Source: Trueperaceae bacterium (GTDB lineage Bacteria; Deinococcota; Deinococci; Deinococcales; Trueperaceae). From it: 48,039 nucleotides of DNA. A program made the position numbers and the translations under genes. The notes under the pieces are model-generated. The model saw nothing but the letters and a program-made list of their open reading frames with translations, searched no databases and was not told the origin of the DNA. Shown here one piece after another: positions 42,325 to 48,039 of this stretch (position 1 is its first letter; the number at the start of each line of letters is the position of its first letter). Location of the stretch: contig JAHEBB010000001.1 of assembly GCA_024642575.1 (NCBI GenBank), positions 1-48,039 of the forward strand, written 5' to 3'.

Positions 42325-43908
42325 ATGCTTCGAAAATATCTCGTTGCAACTTTATTTTGTCTTACGTTTTTCCTGCTTAGTATTTCATTGGCACAAGGTG
42401 AATTGGTCGTGGGTTTGCAGGGAGATATCGTAGCGGTTGACCCTGTTTATGCCTATGATTTCACTGCTAACCCAGTGGTTTGCCAAATTACTGAAGGACT
42501 ACTTCGTTTTGAAAATGGGGAAACGCTAGCCCCAAATTTGGCCGAGAGCTGGGAGAACCCTGACCCATTAACGTACATTTATCATTTGCGTCAAGATGTG
42601 ACCTTTCAAGATGGCAGTCCCATGACTATCGATGATGTTATTTTTAGTATGGAACGTACCCGTAACCCAGAAACAGCCTCTTATGTTGGCTGGATGTATG
42701 ACAGTGTCGATACGATAGAAAAAGTAGATGACTGGACGATTAAAGTTAGTCTTAAGCAACCCGATGCTCTCTGGCAGTATGTTCCTGCTACAACAGCCGG
42801 TCATGTTATAAGCAAAGCCTATTATGAAGCCCACAAAGATACGTTTGGTAAACCCGAAGGTGGTCTCTTGGGCACAGGGCCTTTTAAGTTTATGAGCTGG
42901 TCAACGGGTAGTGAGATTGATCTGGAAAAATATGATGGCTACTGGAATAAAGCTAACGGTGGCCCTTATCTAGACAAGCTTACCTTTAAAATTTTACCTG
43001 AAGCTACGACTCGCATTGCTGGTTTGCAAACGGGGGAAGTACAAGCTCTTTTAGGGACAGACTCTACACCTGCTGATCAATTGCCCATTGCCATGAAAAT
43101 GGACAATATCACGGTTGACTTTCAAGATAGCTACCTGACCTATTTTATAGCCTTTAATACTCAGCGCCCACCGTTTGATAATGTCAAGGTTCGTCAAGCG
43201 CTAAATTATGCTTTAGACAAAGTTTTACTGACCCAAAATCTTTATCCTGTTTCGGATGCTGTCAGCGTAGCAAAAGCGGTTGACGTTATGCCAAGGCTCT
43301 GGACATTTGAAAAAGATAAATGGCAAGCAGCCTATGATGCTTTACCTGATTATGCCTTTGATATGGATAAGGCAAAGCAACTTTTAGAAGAATCAGGTGT
43401 CGCAGATGAACTTAATGGCAAAGTTATTACCACTGACGAAAACCCCTTAACTTTAGGAATGGCGTTGGCATTGCAGGCAGCTGCGGCTGAATTAGGCTAC
43501 GAATTAGAAATTAATAAAGTTACCTTCCAGGAATCCATCAGCTTGGCCTTTAGTGGTGCACGCGATTATGATATTTTACCCATTCCTTGGGGTTCAGATT
43601 TTCCTGATCCATCAGGTAATTTGCTGCCTGTTTTTCACTCGAGATATGTGGGTGATGGTGGCTCAAACTTTGGTAATTATGTCAATCCAGAAGTAGATAA
43701 GCTCTTAGATGATGCAAACAGTTTAACCGACAATGCTGAACGTACAGATTTAATGGTCCAGGCTGAACAAATCATTGCTCAGGACTCACCTTGGATTGTG
43801 ATTTTGCACCCTAAACAAACCTTTGTACTCAACAATGACTTTGAAGGCTATACGATTACCCCACTTTGGTACTGGGATGCTTTTGCCAAAGACATTAAAA
43901 TGAAATAA
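42325..43908 (+). CDS. Peptide/nickel ABC transporter substrate-binding protein (family 5, DppA/OppA-like)
   Basis: 527 aa. The signal peptide is LFCLTFFLLSISLAQG. Typical family-5 blocks are LVRFENGETLAPNLAESWE, TFQDGSPMTIDDVIFS and YDGYWN. Confidence 0.9.
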   Translation: MLRKYLVATLFCLTFFLLSISLAQGELVVGLQGDIVAVDPVYAYDFTANPVVCQITEGLLRFENGETLAPNLAESWENPDPLTYIYHLRQDVTFQDGSPMTIDDVIFSMERTRNPETASYVGWMYDSVDTIEKVDDWTIKVSLKQPDALWQYVPATTAGHVISKAYYEAHKDTFGKPEGGLLGTGPFKFMSWSTGSEIDLEKYDGYWNKANGGPYLDKLTFKILPEATTRIAGLQTGEVQALLGTDSTPADQLPIAMKMDNITVDFQDSYLTYFIAFNTQRPPFDNVKVRQALNYALDKVLLTQNLYPVSDAVSVAKAVDVMPRLWTFEKDKWQAAYDALPDYAFDMDKAKQLLEESGVADELNGKVITTDENPLTLGMALALQAAAAELGYELEINKVTFQESISLAFSGARDYDILPIPWGSDFPDPSGNLLPVFHSRYVGDGGSNFGNYVNPEVDKLLDDANSLTDNAERTDLMVQAEQIIAQDSPWIVILHPKQTFVLNNDFEGYTITPLWYWDAFAKDIKMK

Positions 43909-43921
43909 CTGCAGTGCCCTT

Positions 43922-43964
43922 ATGTTCTAGCCTGAGAGCGTTATTTAGGCTAGAACATTTTAAT
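43922..43964 (+). terminator. Intra-operon hairpin after the SBP gene (attenuator or partial terminator)
   Basis: A 12-bp perfect stem, ATGTTCTAGCCT (43922-43933) with AGGCTAGAACAT (43947-43958), encloses a 13-nt loop and is followed by TTTTAAT. Confidence 0.55.
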
Positions 43965-44029
43965 GAGTGCAAATAGCTTTGACTTTTCTCAGCAATGTCA
44001 TCATTCAAAACAAATGAGATGAAATCTTA

Positions 44030-44968
44030 ATGACCAGCTATATCCTTAAGCGCTTGCTAGCTCTAATTCCCATCCTGATATTTACCTCATTTCTGGTATC
44101 AACCTTGGTACGTCTTACGCCAGGCGACCCTGCTCTAATCATGGTTGGGGGCAGGCGCACCTCTCCTGAGATCTTACAAGCCATTCGCCATCAATATGCC
44201 CTGGATAAAAGTGTTCTCGGTCAATATGTCTTTTGGGTTGGTAATGCTGTTAGAGGAAACTTAGGAGAAAGCTTTAGGCTAAAGCAAAAAGTCTCGAGCC
44301 TTATTGCAGCTCGTTTACCTATTACGATGCAGCTAATTATTTTCAGTGGCGTATTATCCTTGGTCATCGCTTTGCCTTTGGGCATTCTTGCCGCAGTGTA
44401 CAAAAATACTTGGGTAGATTATCTGGCAACCTTAGTAAGTTTGCTGGGCATGTCCTCACCTGTTTATTTTAGTGGGATTGTCTTCATTTTGATTTTTGCC
44501 TATACCCTGGATTGGTTCCCAGCTTTAGGTGCAGGAAAAGGGCTTTGGGACAGGCTTTATCATCTCATTTTGCCCTCGAGCGTATTGGCCTTAAACATGG
44601 CGGCGCTTACCTCGCGTATGACCCGCTCATCTATGCTAGATGTTTTTGGAAATGATTACATTACGGTTGCTAAAGCAAAAGGACTTGCCTGGCGCAGAGT
44701 CGTGTTACGTCATGCCTTTCGCAATGCCTTGATTCCTGTGGTGACCGTAGCTGCTTTGCAATTAGGTTTCTTATTTGTGGGGAGTGTATTGGTTGAATTC
44801 ACCTTTGGTTTAGGGGGATTAGGGAGTTTGATTACTGATGCTATACAAAACCGCGATTACCCGGTGGTACAAGGAACAACGCTCTTTTTGGTGACGGTTT
44901 TTGTACTTTTAAATCTTGTCACGGATTTGCTTTATATGGTCATTGACCCCAGAATCAGGTATGGCTAA
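44030..44968 (+). CDS. Peptide ABC transporter permease (DppB/OppB-like)
   Basis: 312 aa. The N-terminus is YILKRLLALIPILIFTSFLV. The EAA region is DYITVAKAKGLAWRRVVLRHAFRNALIPV. The C-terminus is DLLYMVIDPRIRY. Confidence 0.9.
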   Translation: MTSYILKRLLALIPILIFTSFLVSTLVRLTPGDPALIMVGGRRTSPEILQAIRHQYALDKSVLGQYVFWVGNAVRGNLGESFRLKQKVSSLIAARLPITMQLIIFSGVLSLVIALPLGILAAVYKNTWVDYLATLVSLLGMSSPVYFSGIVFILIFAYTLDWFPALGAGKGLWDRLYHLILPSSVLALNMAALTSRMTRSSMLDVFGNDYITVAKAKGLAWRRVVLRHAFRNALIPVVTVAALQLGFLFVGSVLVEFTFGLGGLGSLITDAIQNRDYPVVQGTTLFLVTVFVLLNLVTDLLYMVIDPRIRYG

Positions 44969-45837
44969 TGCTAAGTCTAGAAAAGGCTCGAGCCTCTACC
45001 CTTAAAAAACCATTTTGGCGTTCACCCTTTTTTCGTAACCGTACCGCAGTCTTAGGCAGTTTGTTATTAATCTTGCTTGGCTTTGCTTCACTGGCTGCTC
45101 CTTGGGTAAGCAACTATAATCCAGTAAAACAAGATATGACCAGCTCGCTTCAGGCACCGACTAAGACTCACTGGCTCGGTACTGATAAACAAGGGCGAGA
45201 CACCTGGAGTCGGGTAGTTTATGGCTCGAGGCCCACCTTGCTCGGGGCACTATTTGTGGTGCTTATTGCCTATCTTATTGGGGTTCCTTTAGGACTGATG
45301 TCTGGCTACTATGGGGGACGCATGGATACTCTTATCATGCGAATACTAGACATGTTACTTGCGTTTCCTGCATTATTGCTGGCTATTTTGATTGTTGCCA
45401 CTTTTGGGCGCGGACTTGTGAATACGGTTATTGCTCTGGGTATTGTTTATATTCCAGCCATAACTCGCGTGGTGCGAAGTGCTACGCTGGTTCAGCGTAA
45501 TCTTAACTATGTTGAAGCTGCAAAAGGAAGTGGAATGGGCGATGCTCGGATTCTATTTCGGCACCTTTTGCCCAACGTAGCTTCACCTATACTTGTACAA
45601 GGCAGTAATGATTTAGCCTATGCGATTTTAGATATTGCGGCTCTTTCCTTTTTGGGCTTGGGGATCCAACCCCCTGATCCAGACTGGGGTTCTATGCTAG
45701 CTGAAGGTCGTTCGTTTTTACTTTTATCTCCTTACGTCTCTATTTTTTCTGGTTTGGCTATCATGATTGCGGTTATTGCTTTTAATTGGTTTAGTGACGG
45801 CCTGCGCGCGCAGCTAGACCCAAAACAGCGAAAGTAA
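44968..45837 (+). CDS. Peptide ABC transporter permease (DppC/OppC-like)
   Basis: 289 aa. The EAA region is NYVEAAKGSGMGDARILFRHLLPNVASPI. The start overlaps the upstream stop codon (TAATG). Confidence 0.9.
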   Translation: MLSLEKARASTLKKPFWRSPFFRNRTAVLGSLLLILLGFASLAAPWVSNYNPVKQDMTSSLQAPTKTHWLGTDKQGRDTWSRVVYGSRPTLLGALFVVLIAYLIGVPLGLMSGYYGGRMDTLIMRILDMLLAFPALLLAILIVATFGRGLVNTVIALGIVYIPAITRVVRSATLVQRNLNYVEAAKGSGMGDARILFRHLLPNVASPILVQGSNDLAYAILDIAALSFLGLGIQPPDPDWGSMLAEGRSFLLLSPYVSIFSGLAIMIAVIAFNWFSDGLRAQLDPKQRK

Positions 45838-45946
45838 GGAGACTAATTAACCACTTCTTTTAAAGACATCTATTAGGTCTATACTCAAACATATAAGGCA
45901 ATTTTATAAAGGCAAATAAGCTAAACCTTTAGTTCTAGGAGGAAAG

Positions 45947-46852
45947 ATGGCAGTACCTTACCCATTTAAAGAAGGTAAAATTAGTTTTAAGGGTTATAAC
46001 ACCTGGTACCGAATTGTGGGTGAAAAAGAGGAGTCAGGTAAATTTCCCCTACTTTGCTTGCATGGTGGGCCAGGTGTGCCCCATGACTACCTCGAGTCTT
46101 TAGAGGCTATGGCTGCTACAGGCCGCAGGGTTATTTTTTATGATCAACTGGGTTGTGGTAACTCTGACCATGTAGATGACCCTGCTATGTGGACGGTTGA
46201 TTTGTTTGTTGAAGAAGTTGATGTAGTTCGCAAAGCTTTAGGTCTGGATCAGCTTCACATCCTAGGTCAATCATGGGGTGGCATGTTAACGATGCAGTAC
46301 ATGCTAACACAGCCTAAGGGGGTAGCGAGTATCACTATTGCAAGTTCACCCTCGAGCATTCCAATGTGGCTTTCCGAAGCAAATCGTTTGCGCGCTGAAT
46401 TGCCTAACGAAGTACAAAAAACGCTTCTAAAGCATGAAGATGCCGAAACCACCAATGACCCTGACTACCTTGCAGCTATGCAAGTATTTTATGATCGTTA
46501 TGTTTGCCGTGTTGTTCCTAATCCACCTTATGTGCAACGAGCCTTTGCCAAACTGGGAGAGTGGCCACAGGTTTATCACACAATGAATGGCCCTAGCGAG
46601 TTTCATGTGATTGGTGTGATGAAAGATTGGGATGTGACCGCACGCCTTGGTGAAATCAAAGTACCAACCCTGGTAACGACGGGGCGCTTTGATGAGGCCA
46701 CGCCGTTAATTGGCGAAACGGTGAATAAAGGGATTAAAGGCTCTGAGTGGGTAATTTTTGAAAAGAGTGCGCACTTAGCTCATGCTGAAGAACCTGAAAG
46801 GTACATGGCAGTCTTGGCAGACTTTTTGGCGAGAGTAGAAAGTAGTGCTTAA
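45947..46852 (+). CDS. Proline iminopeptidase-family alpha/beta hydrolase (S33), paralog 1
   Basis: AGGAGG lies upstream. Motifs are LHGGPGVPHDYLESLE, the nucleophile elbow GQSWGG, and a catalytic-His region SAHLAHAEEPERY. Confidence 0.85.
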   Translation: MAVPYPFKEGKISFKGYNTWYRIVGEKEESGKFPLLCLHGGPGVPHDYLESLEAMAATGRRVIFYDQLGCGNSDHVDDPAMWTVDLFVEEVDVVRKALGLDQLHILGQSWGGMLTMQYMLTQPKGVASITIASSPSSIPMWLSEANRLRAELPNEVQKTLLKHEDAETTNDPDYLAAMQVFYDRYVCRVVPNPPYVQRAFAKLGEWPQVYHTMNGPSEFHVIGVMKDWDVTARLGEIKVPTLVTTGRFDEATPLIGETVNKGIKGSEWVIFEKSAHLAHAEEPERYMAVLADFLARVESSA

Positions 46853-47734
46853 ATGAAAACACAAGAAGGAATGATTCAAGTAGATGGCTATCAGGTCTGG
46901 TATCGCCGTATAGGCGAAGGAGGTATACCTCTTTTAACCTTGCATGGTGGACCCGGAGCTGGGCATGACTATTTGGAAAGCCTGGAGGCTTTATCTGCTA
47001 TTCGTCCTATTATATTTTTTGACCAACTTGGTTGTGGTAAATCAGATCAGCCTAATGACCGCTCGCTTTGGAAAATACAGCGTTTTGTTAAGGAGGTAGA
47101 TGTCGTTAGGCAGGTACTAGAGTTAGATCAGATTCATTTATTAGGTCAGTCTTGGGGAGGTTGGCTAGGTATTGAATATATGCTCTCTAATCCAAAAGGT
47201 ATTTTGAGTCTTACACTAGCCTCTACTTCTGCCAGTATGCCGCAGTTTATTGCAGAAACCAAGCGCTTAAAATCTGAACTTCCCTCAGAAGTTTATCAGA
47301 CTATGCTGAAATATGAAGCAGCTGAAGACTATCATCATCCTGACTACGAGGCAGCTGTAATGGAGTTTTATAAACGCCATGTCTGCAGACTGGAAGCTTG
47401 GCCAGATTGTCTACTTAGAACTGTGCAAAACTTTGAGGGTAACGCTGTTTATGAAACCATTAATGGTCCCAACGAATTTACTGTAATTGGTAATCTCAAA
47501 GACTGGAATCGGATTGATCGATTACATGAAATTACGGTACCTACCCTGATTACTGTTGGGCGCTATGACGAACTTACCCCTGCTTGTGCTGAAACTATGA
47601 GGCAGGGTATCACAGGTTCACAAATGCATATTTTTGAGCACAGTTCCCACAGCTCCCATCTGGAAGAACCCGAAAGATATATGGCTGTTTTGGCAGATTT
47701 TTTGGCAAGGGTTGAAAGTGGGATGCTTCATTAA
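46853..47734 (+). CDS. Proline iminopeptidase-family alpha/beta hydrolase (S33), paralog 2
   Basis: The ATG directly abuts the paralog 1 stop codon (TAAATG). Motifs are LHGGPGAGHDYLESLE, GQSWGG and SSHSSHLEEPERY. Confidence 0.85.
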   Translation: MKTQEGMIQVDGYQVWYRRIGEGGIPLLTLHGGPGAGHDYLESLEALSAIRPIIFFDQLGCGKSDQPNDRSLWKIQRFVKEVDVVRQVLELDQIHLLGQSWGGWLGIEYMLSNPKGILSLTLASTSASMPQFIAETKRLKSELPSEVYQTMLKYEAAEDYHHPDYEAAVMEFYKRHVCRLEAWPDCLLRTVQNFEGNAVYETINGPNEFTVIGNLKDWNRIDRLHEITVPTLITVGRYDELTPACAETMRQGITGSQMHIFEHSSHSSHLEEPERYMAVLADFLARVESGMLH

Positions 47735-47789
47735 AACGATACTACTTTGTCAGGATTTGCACAGACTGATTGGTTATTGCTAGCGACCT

Positions 47790-47885
47790 TCAAGGCTCGA
47801 GCCAGTGCTCCACCTTATAGCCATATTTCTTTTCAATTGAGGGAAAATAAGAGGCTGGGCCTTTTGGCTTGTCTTCATTTGCCAT
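47790..47885 (-). pseudogene. 31-codon ORF with a DUF4287-like N-terminus; either a truncated remnant or a small protein
   Basis: My own translation gives MANEDKPKGPASYFPSIEKKYGYKVEHWLEP*. AAGGAG lies 7 nt upstream of the ATG. The SYxxSIEKKxG motif resembles the start of DUF4287 proteins, which are considerably longer. The frame stops just after a GGCTCGAGCC decamer. Confidence 0.3.
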
Positions 47886-48039
47886 AAGTAAACTCCTTGA
47901 ATTTAGACCATTTTTGTAATGAAACTGCCAAGACACGATGGCTGTCTACTGACCAGGCTTAACCTCGAGCCCACGAAGCAGGGGAGTCGGCTGTAGCGTT
48001 GGTTAGCAGTTAGTCTCTGCGCTTTAATTCGTCGGGTGT

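Noticed and set aside
1-48039. The recurrent CTCGAG (XhoI) sites as cloning linkers, synthetic watermarking or a CRISPR-like array.
   Set aside because: The sites are embedded in frame inside conserved protein motifs. They are irregularly spaced and have no constant spacer length or flanking repeat. No vector-like sequence is present.
47886-48039. The terminal 150 bp have no ORF. There is a faint resemblance to the SRP (4.5S) RNA helix region (CTGTCTACTGACCAGG ... GAAGCAG ... TGTAGC). The last 30 nt on the minus strand could also be the 3' end of a gene running in from outside (..TPDELKRRD*).
   Set aside because: I could not fold a convincing domain IV hairpin with a GNRA loop. The similarity is limited to short words, and nine codons at the window edge cannot be called.

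Overview
A 48-kb bacterial chromosomal segment, densely coding, about 45% G+C by eye. The taxon is not identifiable from sequence alone. OM-type beta-barrel features suggest a diderm. No rRNA, tRNA, CRISPR array, transposase, integrase or phage gene was seen. Gene order, left to right: (1) ABC-2 exporter (permease and ATPase) and an aldo/keto reductase. (2) A 17-kb, five-gene co-directional cluster (2975-19982), about 35% of the window. It encodes only signal-peptide-bearing proteins built from DUF11-type repeats. One is a 1828-aa protein ending in a ~480-aa predicted beta-barrel, and one is a 1764-aa multi-domain adhesin-like protein. (3) A convergent photosensory operon: bphO, bphP, an Rcp-like single-domain regulator, and a REC-PAS-PAS-HisKA_3 kinase. 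(4) A hypothetical gene, a DmpA-type peptidase and a zinc-type dehydrogenase. (5) A likely glucosamine/chitosan-oligosaccharide utilisation locus: GH8, a CUT1-type ABC importer, a GntR/HutC regulator with DasR/NagR-like palindromic operators, then GH4, NagB, a BadF-type kinase, a Gfo/Idh/MocA oxidoreductase, a bicupin and a ROK protein. (6) A GH53 galactanase. (7) A peptide ABC importer with no ATPase genes in the window, followed by two tandem proline iminopeptidase paralogs. Two things stand out. The first is the uncharacterised envelope/surface-fibre cluster. The second is a window-wide, roughly 100-fold over-representation of the octamer palindrome GCTCGAGC (core CTCGAG). It occurs in all reading frames, on both strands and in spacers, and resembles the cyanobacterial HIP1 phenomenon with a different word. 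All function calls come from reading motifs in the supplied translations. No database search was run.
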